From an uncultured Gemmatimonadales bacterium (lineage in GTDB: Bacteria; Gemmatimonadota; Gemmatimonadetes; Longimicrobiales; RSA9), in contig CAWAMW010000017.1 in the NCBI GenBank assembly GCA_963783305.1, positions 224,001-288,000 on the forward strand: a DNA stretch of 64,000 nucleotides, in the 5' to 3' direction. Positions 29,575-39,323 of this stretch are shown here, in pieces. Made by a program: the position numbers and the translations under genes. Numbering within the stretch: position 1 is the first letter of the stretch; each line of letters begins with the position of its first letter. The notes beneath the pieces are model-generated. The model searched no databases, was not told the DNA's origin, and was given only the letters and a program-made list of their open reading frames with translations.

Positions 29575-30966
29575 TCAGGCCACGAGGGACCAGACCAGCT
29601 GGATGAGGAGGGCGGTGATGGCGACGGGGGCGACATATCGGATCAGGAAAACCCATGCCCCACCGAGGGGGAACTTGCCGTCGTTGGCCCGGACCTCTTC
29701 TCCCGCGGACTGAACGCCCCACACCCAGGCGATGAAGATGCTTATGAGGAGGGCGCCGATGACCAGGGAGTACTGACCGAAGATGGTGAAGAGGAGGGAG
29801 AGGAAGTCGAGCCCCACCCCGGGAACGTTGGACAGCCAACCCACGGCGCCGTTGGCCAGGGCGCTGGGGATGCCCACAACGAATGCCACGCCGCCGATCG
29901 TGAATGCGGCCTTCCTGCGGCTGAAGTTGCGCTCGTCGATGAGCCAGGCCGAGGCTACCTCGAGGAGGGATACCGAGGAAGTCAGGGCGGCGATGGCCAG
30001 GAGCGAGAAGAAGAGGGTGCCGAAGATGATGCCGCCGTAGGGCGCCGGCGGGATGGAGCCGAGGAGTGAGGTAAGGACGACGAAGACCATGCCGGGCCCG
30101 CCCGTCCCGGGCTCGAGCCCGGCGGAGAAGAGCGTGGGGAAAATGATGAGGCCGGCCATGATGGCGATGGCGGTGTCGAAACCGGTCACCCAGGCGGCGG
30201 AGCTGACCAGGTCGTCTCTCTTGGTGATATAGGAGCCGTAGGTGATCATGGCGCCCATGCCGAGGCTGAGGCTGAAGAAGGCCTGGCCTACGGCGGCGAG
30301 GATCACGGTGCCGGTGATCTTGCTGAAATCGGGCTTGAGGTAGAAGTCGAGGCCCGCCTCGGCGCCGGGGAGGGTGACGGCCCGGGCTACGAGGAGGAGC
30401 AGGATCAGGAGGAGCGCGGGCATGAGGATCTTGGTCCAGCGCTCGATGCCGTGGCGGACGCCGCCGATCACCACCAGGATGGTGATGATCATGAAGACGA
30501 AGTGCCAGCCGATGGAGGCCACACCGCTGCCGGCTACGCCATCGAAGATGGCCGCAGTGTCGGCGCTGGCGACGAAGGTCCCGGTGATCGCCTTGAGAAT
30601 GTAGGCGAGGGTCCAGCCGGCGATGACGGAGTAGAAGCTGAGGATCACCACGCCGGTGAGGACGCCCAGCCCTCCCACGACCACCCAGGCGGAATCGGGG
30701 GCCAGGGCCTTGAAGGCCCCGACGGGGTTGCGCTGGGTCCTGCGCCCGATGATGAGCTCGGCCAGCATGACTGGCGCGCCGATGAGCGCTACCGCCAGGA
30801 GATAGACCACCAGGAAGGCGGCCCCGCCGTTGGTCCCCGCCACCGTGGGGAAGCCCCATATGTTGCCGAGCCCGATGGCGCTGCCCGCGGCCGCGAAGAT
30901 GAAGGCGGCCTTCGAGCCCCAGGTGTCGCGGGTGGGCGCGGCGCCCGGGTCAGTGCGGGTGTCCAT
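29575..30966 (-). CDS. Sodium-dependent transporter, NSS/SNF family
   Basis: AAGSAIGLGNIWGFP, GGAAFL, GQAFFSLSLG and SSVSLLE motifs. AGGAG RBS. Confidence 0.95.
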   Translation of the reverse strand: MDTRTDPGAAPTRDTWGSKAAFIFAAAGSAIGLGNIWGFPTVAGTNGGAAFLVVYLLAVALIGAPVMLAELIIGRRTQRNPVGAFKALAPDSAWVVVGGLGVLTGVVILSFYSVIAGWTLAYILKAITGTFVASADTAAIFDGVAGSGVASIGWHFVFMIITILVVIGGVRHGIERWTKILMPALLLILLLLVARAVTLPGAEAGLDFYLKPDFSKITGTVILAAVGQAFFSLSLGMGAMITYGSYITKRDDLVSSAAWVTGFDTAIAIMAGLIIFPTLFSAGLEPGTGGPGMVFVVLTSLLGSIPPAPYGGIIFGTLFFSLLAIAALTSSVSLLEVASAWLIDERNFSRRKAAFTIGGVAFVVGIPSALANGAVGWLSNVPGVGLDFLSLLFTIFGQYSLVIGALLISIFIAWVWGVQSAGEEVRANDGKFPLGGAWVFLIRYVAPVAITALLIQLVWSLVA

Positions 30967-31141
30967 GCGGTCTCCTGTGGGGTCGGTGGCGTCGATGATG
31001 CGATCGAACGGTGGTGGGTCGGGAAGGTAGCGAAAGTGCGGGGGGAGCCGCCGCTCCCGCAAGGGGACGAACCGGCCGGGCGCTGGAGGTCCCCAGCGGT
31101 GCGGCCCGGGCGGCGGAGGGAGCCGCCCCGGCCGGCCGGCC

Positions 31142-32029
31142 CTAGACGGCGAGATCCAGAGGTACGGGCTTGTCCCCCGAGTAGTCGTAGAAGCCGCGCC
31201 CCGACTTCCGGCCCGCATAGCCGAGGGTGACCATGCGGCGGAGGAGGGGTGGAGGGGCGAAGCGGGTCTCTGCGAACTCCTCGTACATGATCTCCGCGAT
31301 GCGGAAGAGGGTGTCGATGCCCACGAAATCGCTCAGGGTGAACGGTCCCATGGGGTAGCCCGTGCCCAGGACCATGGCCTTGTCGATGTCCTCGATGGAC
31401 GCGAGCCCCTGCTCGAGGGAGCGGATGGCGTCCAGCATGTACGGCACCAGGAGCCGGTTCACGATGAACCCGGACGCGTCCTTCGCCTCGACGGGGTCCT
31501 TCCCGATCGCCGACGTGAACTCGAACGCGCTCCGGTACGCCTCGTCGCTGGTAGCGATCGTGCGGACCACCTCCACCAGCTTCATGACCGGCACCGGGTT
31601 GAAGAAATGGAGACCTACGAAGCGATCGGGTCGGTTCGTGGCGGCCGCCATCTCCGTGATGGTCAGTGAGCTCGTGTTGCTCGCCAGGATGGTGTGCGCC
31701 GGGCACACCTGGTCGAGTTTCGAGAAGAGCTCTTTCTTCACGTCCATGTTCTCGACGATCGCCTCGATCACCAGATCCGCCTGAGCCAGCTCGTCCAGCG
31801 ACGTGGTCCCGCGGATCCGCTCGAGGGCGGCATCGCGGTCGGTGCCCTCCAACTTCCCCTTCTCGACCGCACGATCCAGGCTCTTCCGGATCCGGCCCAG
31901 TCCCTTTTCGAGCAGCTCGTCATCGACTTCGCGGACCATGGTGGTGAAGCCCGCCTTGGCGGCCACCTCCGCGATCCCGCTGCCCATCAGCCCACACCCG
32001 ACCACCGCCACCGTCCTGATCTCACTCAC
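31142..32029 (-). CDS. 3-hydroxybutyryl/3-hydroxyacyl-CoA dehydrogenase
   Basis: GCGLMGSGI, ASNTSS, HFFNPVP, GFIVNR and PMGPF motifs. Confidence 0.95.
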   Translation of the reverse strand: MSEIRTVAVVGCGLMGSGIAEVAAKAGFTTMVREVDDELLEKGLGRIRKSLDRAVEKGKLEGTDRDAALERIRGTTSLDELAQADLVIEAIVENMDVKKELFSKLDQVCPAHTILASNTSSLTITEMAAATNRPDRFVGLHFFNPVPVMKLVEVVRTIATSDEAYRSAFEFTSAIGKDPVEAKDASGFIVNRLLVPYMLDAIRSLEQGLASIEDIDKAMVLGTGYPMGPFTLSDFVGIDTLFRIAEIMYEEFAETRFAPPPLLRRMVTLGYAGRKSGRGFYDYSGDKPVPLDLAV

Positions 32030-32131
32030 GCACGTCCCCCTTGGTACGGTTCCGCTCCGTTCGTCCTGGCGAATATGGTCGCTGCGGCGAGGGGCGGGCA
32101 ACCCGGGCGAGGCGGGGCGCCATGGAGAACG

Positions 32132-33013
32132 CTACCGGGGCCGAAGCGTATCGGCGATCCTGGACCGCAGGCCGCGAAGCCAGGGTGCCGGTGGCGGATC
32201 GAGCCTGCCACCGCCCTCTAGGCGGTCCAGCAGCGCCGCGATTTCCATCCGGGCGCTGTCAACGCGAGTCCTGAAACGAGACCGGGCGACGGCCATCCCG
32301 CCGGCGACGCTGGCCCCGAGCGCCCCGGCGCCGGCCACGAGTCCCGCGGCGTAGGCGGCGGTATCGCCGGCGATGTCGAAGAAGATGTGGCCCACGGGGA
32401 AGAAGGCGCCCGCGGCCAGGGGCAGGCCCAGGAGCGCACCGCCCACAATGCCGGAGGTCAGCGCCTTTCGACGTTGCGGCTCGATGTCCAGTTCCAGTCG
32501 GACATGGCTTTCCGCGCCGGGCAGGGGTCGCGCCTCCACGAGCACTCGCCGGGAGCGTGCGATCTGCCACTGCCGCTGCGGGCGTCGGACCGCGCGAGCC
32601 ACGTTGGAGATGGCGTCATCAGCCGGACTGAAGGAGGCGCGCCCCCCCTGCCGGCGAAGGATCTGCAGGAACTCGCGCGTGATCAGATAGTCTTCGAGCC
32701 GGTCGACCACGCCGTCCGGCTCTCCGGGGGTTACACGGGTCCCGACCACGGTGGGTGGACCGTACCAGCGGTCCACCCAGCCGCCCACTTCGGAGCCGGT
32801 CCGGGGAAGCTCGTACAGCGCTTGTCGAACGTGCCGCCCCGGCAGACCGAGCTCGTCGGCGATCCGGAGCACCTCCGACTCCGACAGCCGCTCGTCCGAG
32901 TCCGTCTCCGCCGTGTAGAGCTCGGCCGCCCTCCGGATCACCAGCTGGAGCTCCTCCCGGCTGATGCCCCGCGCCTCCGTGGTCAGATCGGAAGGGGAGG
33001 GATCTTCGGCCAT
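32132..33013 (-). CDS. Hypothetical membrane protein (two C-terminal TMs)
   Basis: 293-aa ORF 8 nt downstream of the SPFH gene, with a helical N-terminus. Confidence 0.8.
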   Translation of the reverse strand: MAEDPSPSDLTTEARGISREELQLVIRRAAELYTAETDSDERLSESEVLRIADELGLPGRHVRQALYELPRTGSEVGGWVDRWYGPPTVVGTRVTPGEPDGVVDRLEDYLITREFLQILRRQGGRASFSPADDAISNVARAVRRPQRQWQIARSRRVLVEARPLPGAESHVRLELDIEPQRRKALTSGIVGGALLGLPLAAGAFFPVGHIFFDIAGDTAAYAAGLVAGAGALGASVAGGMAVARSRFRTRVDSARMEIAALLDRLEGGGRLDPPPAPWLRGLRSRIADTLRPR

Positions 33014-33021
33014 TTATGCGC

Positions 33022-33969
33022 CTACGGCTCCCGCTTGGGGGCCGGCTCGCTGTGGAGGTCATGGGCTGCGCCGCCGGCGGCCACGGCCGGACGCGACGCC
33101 GGCAGCGTCCGCGGTGCGTGCTCGGTCGGCCCCGCCAGCTGAGCGTCACCGGCATCGTCGCCGGTCTCGTCGTTCCCGCTGGGACCGCTCTGCTCGCCCG
33201 CCAGCGGTTCGAGGACCCGGGCCGCTTTCTCGATCATGGGACGGAAGAGGTCGATGGGGATCGGGAACAGCGTCGTAGAATTGTTCTCCGCGGCGATCTC
33301 CGTCACGGTCTGAAGGAAGCGGAGCGAGATCGAGGCGGGCTGCTGTGACATGATGCCAGCGGCCTCCGCGAGCTGCTTCGAGGCCTGGAGCTCACCGGTC
33401 GCGTTGATGACCTTCGCCCGCCGTTCGCGCTCCGCCTCAGCCTGGCGGGCCATGGCCCGCTTCATTTCCTGCGGCAGGTCGATATCCTTCACTTCCACGG
33501 CCGAGACATCGATGCCCCAGGTGTCGGTCCCCTCGTCGATATGGTCCCGCAGGATCTTGTTGATCCGCTCGCGCTCCGCCAGCAGCTCGTCGAGCTCCGC
33601 CTGCCCCACCACGCTGCGGAGGGTGGTCTGCGCAAGCTGACTCGTGGCGAAGAGGTAGTCCTCGATCTCCACAATGGCCTTCACCGGGTCGCTGACACGG
33701 AAATAGACCACCGCGTTCACCTTCACCGACACGTTATCGCGGGTGATCACGTCCTGGGGCGGGATGTCCATGGCCACGATCCGGAGCGGTACTTTCACCA
33801 TCCGTTCCAGGTTGAACGGCCAGAGGACGATCAGCCCGGGCCCCTTGGGTGCCCGAAGTCGACCGAGGCGGAAAACCACCGCGCGCTCGTACTCCCGCAG
33901 TATGCGGATCATCGTGGCGCCAACGCCGATCACCGCCGCCAGCACGCCCAGCAGGATTGTGGTCATCAT
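33022..33969 (-). CDS. SPFH/Band 7 slipin (stomatin-like)
   Basis: [44 protein letters not shown] and LRFLQT motifs. Confidence 0.95.
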   Translation of the reverse strand: MMTTILLGVLAAVIGVGATMIRILREYERAVVFRLGRLRAPKGPGLIVLWPFNLERMVKVPLRIVAMDIPPQDVITRDNVSVKVNAVVYFRVSDPVKAIVEIEDYLFATSQLAQTTLRSVVGQAELDELLAERERINKILRDHIDEGTDTWGIDVSAVEVKDIDLPQEMKRAMARQAEAERERRAKVINATGELQASKQLAEAAGIMSQQPASISLRFLQTVTEIAAENNSTTLFPIPIDLFRPMIEKAARVLEPLAGEQSGPSGNDETGDDAGDAQLAGPTEHAPRTLPASRPAVAAGGAAHDLHSEPAPKREP

Positions 33970-33987
33970 CCGGACCTCCCCTTGGTG

Positions 33988-35196
33988 TCAGTCCACAGCT
34001 TCCACCACTACAGCCATCCCCTGTCCGCCTCCGATGCACGCCGAGCCCAGCGCGTACCGTCCACCGCGGCGACGAAGCTCATGGATCAGGTGCACGGTGA
34101 TGCGCGCACCGGACGCGCCCAGCGGGTGCGTCAGGGCAATGGCGCCGCCGTTCACGTTCGTCTTCTCCATGTCGAGCCCCAGCTCCTTCGCCACCGCCGC
34201 GACCTGCGGCGCGAATGCCTCGTTCACCTCGATGAGGTCCATGTCGTCCAGATCCAGTCCGGCCGCCGCGAGCGCCTTCCGACTCGCCGGGGCCGGACCA
34301 ATGCCCATGATCCGGGGGTCCACACCGGCCACGCCCCAGGAGACCAGCCGCGCGAGCGGCCGGAGTCCCTTCTTCTCCGCCCATTCAGCGCTCGCGATCA
34401 CGGTGGCCGCGGCGCCGTCACCGATCCCGCTGGCGTTCCCCGCCGTCACGAGCCCGTCCTTCTTGAAGTATGGACGGAGACCCCCGAGCGCTTCCATGGT
34501 CGTGTCCGACCGGATGTGCTCGTCCTTCCGGAACTCCCGCTCCCCCTTCTTCGTCCGGATGGTCATGGGGATCACCTCGGCGTCGAACCGCCCTTCCTCC
34601 CACGCGCGTTTGGCTCGCTGCTGCGACTCGTACGCGATACGGTCCACCGCCTCCCGTTCGATCTCGTACCGCCCCGCCAGCTCCTCCGCCGTCTGGGCCA
34701 TGGACATCCCGCACTGCGTGTCCGTCAGGGCCTGCCAGAGCAGGTCTTCGAAGAAGCCGCCCGCCTCGCCCAGCCGGAGCGAGCCCCAGCGGGCCCCACG
34801 CACCACGTGCGGCGCCTGGCTCATGGACTCCGTGCCCCCCGCCAGACAGACGTCCGCCTGTCCAAGGATGATCTCCTGCGCGGCGCTCACGATCGCCTGG
34901 AACCCCGACCCGCACAGCCGGTTCACCGTCAGCGCCGGCACCTCGTTCGCCAACCCCGCCTGCAGCCCCACGTGCCGGGCCAGGTAGATGGCGTCCGCGG
35001 ATGTCTGGAGCGCATTGCCGAAGACCACGTGCCCGATATCCGCCGTATCCACGTGGGATTCCTCGATCGCCGAGCGCGCAGCCTCGGCACCCAGCTGCGT
35101 CGCGCTGAAGTCCTTGAGCGTCCCGCCGAATGTGCCGAACGGCGTGCGACGTCCGGAGAGGAAGACGATATCCGTGCCCTGTCCCTGAGTACCCAT
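33988..35196 (-). CDS. Acetyl-CoA C-acyltransferase (thiolase)
   Basis: NRLCGSG, NEAFA, THPLGASG and CIGGGQG motifs. Confidence 0.96.
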   Translation of the reverse strand: MGTQGQGTDIVFLSGRRTPFGTFGGTLKDFSATQLGAEAARSAIEESHVDTADIGHVVFGNALQTSADAIYLARHVGLQAGLANEVPALTVNRLCGSGFQAIVSAAQEIILGQADVCLAGGTESMSQAPHVVRGARWGSLRLGEAGGFFEDLLWQALTDTQCGMSMAQTAEELAGRYEIEREAVDRIAYESQQRAKRAWEEGRFDAEVIPMTIRTKKGEREFRKDEHIRSDTTMEALGGLRPYFKKDGLVTAGNASGIGDGAAATVIASAEWAEKKGLRPLARLVSWGVAGVDPRIMGIGPAPASRKALAAAGLDLDDMDLIEVNEAFAPQVAAVAKELGLDMEKTNVNGGAIALTHPLGASGARITVHLIHELRRRGGRYALGSACIGGGQGMAVVVEAVD

Positions 35197-35298
35197 GAGT
35201 TTCCTGGCTGCGGTGAATGGACGTGAGGGTGCCCCGAATCTCTGCGGTAAAACTACCGGCCGCGGGGTGTTTGGACTACGGGGGGGGTGGCGTTCGGG

Positions 35299-36348
35299 CT
35301 ATCCACGGACGCGGCGAGCGAGCCAGTCGCCGGCGGCTTCGGTGCCGAGGGTGCCGCCGATATCCGCGGTGGTGGCGCCCTCCCGAAGCGCGGCGTCCAC
35401 CGCCGCCTCGATGCGGCGCGCGGCTTCGTCGTGTCCGAGGTGGTCGAGCATGAGGGCCACGGTGAGGACGGCGGCGATCGGATTGGCACGATCCTGCCCA
35501 GCGATGTCGGGGGCGGACCCGTGGACGGGCTCGAACAGCCCGATGCGACCGGGGTGCAGGTTGGCGGAAGGAGCGAGCCCGAGGCCGCCGACGAGCCCGG
35601 CGGCGAGGTCGCTGATGATGTCGCCGAAGAGATTGGACGCGACGATGACCTGATAGCGGCCCGGGTGGAGCACCATGTCCATGGCCAGAGCGTCCACGTA
35701 CATGGCGTTCCGCTGAACGCCCGGGAACTCGGCGGCCACGTCCGCGAAGGTCCGGCGCCAGAGCTGTCCCGCATTGCGCATGGCATTGGACTTGTCGGCC
35801 AGCGTGACGCGGAGATTGTGGAGGGCGGCGTGCTCGAACGCGGCGCGGATGATTCGCTCGACGCCCTTGCGAGTATTGACGTCCTCCTCGATGGCGATTT
35901 CGTCCGGAGTGCCGCGCTTGAAGACTCCGCCCAGGCCGACGTAGGCCCCCTCCGTGTTCTCCCGGAAGATCACCATGTCGAGGTCCGCCGGCTCCACATC
36001 GCTGAGCGGGGAGCCGCCGGCCATCAGCAGGCGGACGGGCCGGAGGTTCACGTAGAGATCGAGCCGGAACCGGAGACCGAGGAGGATATCGCGGGCGTGC
36101 TCGTTACCCGGAACCCGCGGGTCGCCGAGGGCGCCGAGGAAGAGCGCATCGTAGTCCTGGCGGAGGGTTTCGAACTCCTCGTCGGTGATCGTGACCCCCG
36201 TCTCGATGTACCGGTCCGCGCCGAGCTCCCACTCCACGAGCTCGAGGTCGAGGCCGAAGGCGTCGTCGAGCACGCGCAGGACCTTCACGGCCTGAGCCGT
36301 GACCTCCCTGCCGATCCCATCCCCGGGAATGACCGCGATCCGTGCCAC
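35299..36348 (-). CDS. Isocitrate/isopropylmalate dehydrogenase family (LeuB/tartrate DH-like)
   Basis: PGDGIG, FRENTEG, NLFGDIISD and FEPVHGSAPDIAG motifs. Confidence 0.92.
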   Translation of the reverse strand: MARIAVIPGDGIGREVTAQAVKVLRVLDDAFGLDLELVEWELGADRYIETGVTITDEEFETLRQDYDALFLGALGDPRVPGNEHARDILLGLRFRLDLYVNLRPVRLLMAGGSPLSDVEPADLDMVIFRENTEGAYVGLGGVFKRGTPDEIAIEEDVNTRKGVERIIRAAFEHAALHNLRVTLADKSNAMRNAGQLWRRTFADVAAEFPGVQRNAMYVDALAMDMVLHPGRYQVIVASNLFGDIISDLAAGLVGGLGLAPSANLHPGRIGLFEPVHGSAPDIAGQDRANPIAAVLTVALMLDHLGHDEAARRIEAAVDAALREGATTADIGGTLGTEAAGDWLARRVRG

Positions 36349-36350
36349 CT

Positions 36351-36827
36351 TCAGCCCCCGTCTCGATCCCCCGCCACCACCACCTCGCCCGCGGCGTCAT
36401 GGGAGCGGCAGTAGAACGGGTAGCGTCCGGGCGGCGCGTTCTCCAGCAGGACCACCCACCTCGACCCTTCGTTCACCAGCGGCGGTCCACGCAGCTGTTC
36501 CGTCCGCTCCAGGTACTCGCGCACGGGGGCGGCAAGCGATTCCGAGGTGAACGTCACCGCGTGTGGCCGCCGGTCGTCCACCACGAATACGAGGGCATCC
36601 CCGGGCTCGGCCTGGATCATGGCCGGCGTGATGGAATCGGCGGCACCGGCACCCGAAAGGTGGATCTCGTGGACGGTACCCTCGATGGAGATCTCGGTGC
36701 TGTCCAGGGCGATGGTGTCACCCCCACCCACCGCCTCACAGCCACCCGCCGCAAGGGCGGGGATCAGCGCGAAAAGGAGAGCGCCGGAGCGTCTCCAATG
36801 ACGCCCCGGCGCTGGATCTCGGTACAA
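36351..36827 (-). CDS. Exported cupredoxin-fold protein (probable lipoprotein)
   Basis: Signal ending AAGGC, PHAVTF, and PGRYPFYCRSH. Confidence 0.75.
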   Translation of the reverse strand: MYRDPAPGRHWRRSGALLFALIPALAAGGCEAVGGGDTIALDSTEISIEGTVHEIHLSGAGAADSITPAMIQAEPGDALVFVVDDRRPHAVTFTSESLAAPVREYLERTEQLRGPPLVNEGSRWVVLLENAPPGRYPFYCRSHDAAGEVVVAGDRDGG

Positions 36828-36832
36828 GGGGA

Positions 36833-37294
36833 TCAGCCCTCGCCGATGCCGACCACGTAGGCCGCAAGCGCCTGCACCTGCTCGTCACTCAGGTTCGCGC
36901 CACCCATCGGCGGCATCGGGCCCGGATGCTCCTGCGGCTGCGGGACGCCGGTGTGGATGAGCTGCGTGATCTCGTCGTAGTTCCGGCCGGAGACGTTGAT
37001 CCACACATCGTCCGTGAGATCCGGGGCCAGCTGGGTCCCCTTGGCCTGCGGTCCGTGGCAGGCGTGGCACGCGCCCTGACCTGTGAAGAGCTGCTGACCC
37101 TGCTGGAACTGCTCCTGCGTCACGCCCTCCGGAAGATTCGCGGCCATGGCGCCGGGCTCCTGAGCCGGACTCTCGAGGCCGGTGTCGGTAGCCGGCTGCT
37201 CCGGAGCTTCGTCGGCCGTATCCCCGCCGCACGCGGTCATTCCCATTGCCGCGACGGTCGCAAACGCGAGTACTTTCCACTGCCTGACGCGCAT
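36833..37294 (-). CDS. Monoheme c-type cytochrome lipoprotein
   Basis: Lipobox MTAC, CHACH, APDLTD and PMPPMGG. Confidence 0.92.
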   Translation of the reverse strand: MRVRQWKVLAFATVAAMGMTACGGDTADEAPEQPATDTGLESPAQEPGAMAANLPEGVTQEQFQQGQQLFTGQGACHACHGPQAKGTQLAPDLTDDVWINVSGRNYDEITQLIHTGVPQPQEHPGPMPPMGGANLSDEQVQALAAYVVGIGEG

Positions 37295-37371
37295 AATCGT
37301 AGTTCCTCCTCGGAGATTGTCAGCACCGGGGGATGGTTCCCCCGGGAATGCCCATTCGAACGAGTGCGGCG

Positions 37372-37400
37372 AACATAGAGCGGGCCAGAAACCCGGTCAA
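37372..37400 (-). promoter_or_regulatory. Sigma70-type promoter of the cytochrome c gene
   Basis: Minus strand TTGACC-N17-TATGTT. Confidence 0.6.
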
Positions 37401-37444
37401 GCAGCCAGCGGGTATCCCGGATGCAAGGGGCGAACCAGATGCTC

Positions 37445-38308
37445 TCACCCCGCGCTGGCGTCGTGACCACAGCTGATGCAGTACCGCCACTCCCGCTCCA
37501 GCACCGCCTGGCAGCGCGGACACGGCTGGAGCCGCTGGTCGCCCCCGCAGTGAGGACAGAATGAGACTCGCCGGCCGGAGGGCAGCCGTTCCGAACAGAA
37601 GACGCACACGCCGTCCGCGTGCGTGAGTGGCTCCGATGGGCTCTTTTCCGGCGCCGACTGGTGCAGCGACTCGGGCACACGCGCGAGCGCCTCGCTCGCT
37701 TCCCCACTACCACGGAGCCGCACGGGCTCCGCCTCCGCCATCAGCCGATCGGGAGCGGGGCCGGGAACATCGGCCGACGGCGACCGCAGCGGCGGGTGGA
37801 AGGTCGGGGGCGGATCCGGCTGTAGCGGCGGCACCAACCCGGCCGCTGCCGGTGTTCCACGCTCGGCGAGCCGTTCCGCCTCGGACGGTGCGTTCGACGC
37901 CGCGGACGGCTCCACGTCCGACTCCACGTCCGACTCCACGTCCGACTCCACGTCCGACTCCACGTCCCCCTCGTGCTCCTGCTCGGGCAGCTGCACCCAG
38001 ACCTCGGAGGAGGAGAACTTCCGAAAGAGGCCGACCAGGGGGTAGGGAGCGCTCGCTTCAGTCCGGAGTTCTTCCCGCGCCTGCTTCGGCTCTACCCTCA
38101 GGAGGCCTTTCTCGCCGGCCAGGAGGCGGAGGAGGGCATGCTCGTAGTCGGCGTTCAGCTCCACGCCGAGGGCTGAGCGCACCGTCCGATACGGCACCAC
38201 GGTCTCGTACAGCTCCGACACCCTGAGTGGACGGGTATCCTGGTGTCCGCGCCTCCGCAGCTCACGGACAATCGCGCGGTAGAGTCGGTTTACGATTTCG
38301 TCGGTCAT
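37445..38308 (-). CDS. Protein with helical N-domain, disordered linker and C-terminal double zinc ribbon
   Basis: CVFC...CPHCG...CPRC...CISCG. Confidence 0.85.
   Translation of the reverse strand: MTDEIVNRLYRAIVRELRRRGHQDTRPLRVSELYETVVPYRTVRSALGVELNADYEHALLRLLAGEKGLLRVEPKQAREELRTEASAPYPLVGLFRKFSSSEVWVQLPEQEHEGDVESDVESDVESDVESDVEPSAASNAPSEAERLAERGTPAAAGLVPPLQPDPPPTFHPPLRSPSADVPGPAPDRLMAEAEPVRLRGSGEASEALARVPESLHQSAPEKSPSEPLTHADGVCVFCSERLPSGRRVSFCPHCGGDQRLQPCPRCQAVLEREWRYCISCGHDASAG
37910..37967. repeat. In-frame 12-bp tandem repeat x4.8 encoding (DVES)n
   Basis: CTCCACGTCCGA repeated exactly. Confidence 0.92.
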
Positions 38309-38356
38309 TAGGTACAGCGCCTTTCCAGTCCGGAACGGTGGGCCGGCCGCGCCCTA

Positions 38357-39316
38357 TCAGGTGCCGCGCAGCGCAGCCTGTACCTCGGCGGGCGCATTCC
38401 GCAACAGCTCCTCCGCCCGGGGATCTCCCGTGGACCGGAGCGCCCGAATCAGGGCGGCCCAGTTGAGTGGCTCCTCCGGCTCATGTTCCAGCGCCCGCTC
38501 GTACTGCACGATGGCGGTCACCGGCCGGCCGAGATCCATGAAGAGGTGCCCCAGCTCGCGCCTCACGCCCGCATCGTCCGGTGCCCTCTCGACGGCCCGG
38601 CGGAGCACCTCGGCGGCCTCAGCGGGCCGGTCCAGCCGGCGGTAGCTCCGCGCCAGGTACAGCATGGACGTCACATGGCCGGGCTGGTCCTCGAGCACTC
38701 GCTCGAAACCGGCCGCCGCGGAGTCCAGCCGCCCCGCGCGGAACGCCATCAGGGCAGCGTCGTACTCCCGCGCACCGCCCCGCGTCAGGACCCAGGCGGC
38801 TGCCACGACGGTGAACACCGCAAACGACGCCGCCACCCAGCGCATCCAGCGTCCACCGCGCCCAACCGTCGATGGCGTCTGGGGAGGTGGAGCTTCGTCC
38901 ATTGGCTCCGACTTCGGCCCGGCGGGCCCCGGCCCCTGGCCGAAGTCGGTCCGCAGGCGGTCCACGGCGGTGCGCGCCAGATCGGCGTCGGCGGGTCGAG
39001 CGGCGCCGGGCTCGGCGCGGTCGGCGGTCGCCACCAGCTCGTGCACGGCACCGGCGGTCTCCAGCGAGATCAGGTCTCGCGCTCGGAGACTCTGTACGAC
39101 TTCCTCCAGAGAGAGGGTGTCGGGATCAAGAGCCCCCAGGCGGTGGTCGTCGGGGGCGGTGGAATCGGCGCGGAGTCGCGCCCGCACGGATCGCTCCACG
39201 GCATCGGCCACCGCGCGTACGGCGGCCGCGAGCTCCTGCTCGCTGGCGTAGTCACTCAAACGACGGACCTGCTCCGTCACCTGGGTGAGGGGTCGCAGGG
39301 CGGCCGGTTCGGTCAT
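38357..39316 (-). CDS. Single-TM TPR protein
   Basis: Helical N-domain, TM WVAASFAVFTVVAAAWVL and C-terminal TPRs. Confidence 0.85.
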   Translation of the reverse strand: MTEPAALRPLTQVTEQVRRLSDYASEQELAAAVRAVADAVERSVRARLRADSTAPDDHRLGALDPDTLSLEEVVQSLRARDLISLETAGAVHELVATADRAEPGAARPADADLARTAVDRLRTDFGQGPGPAGPKSEPMDEAPPPQTPSTVGRGGRWMRWVAASFAVFTVVAAAWVLTRGGAREYDAALMAFRAGRLDSAAAGFERVLEDQPGHVTSMLYLARSYRRLDRPAEAAEVLRRAVERAPDDAGVRRELGHLFMDLGRPVTAIVQYERALEHEPEEPLNWAALIRALRSTGDPRAEELLRNAPAEVQAALRGT

Positions 39317-39323
39317 GTTCCCG

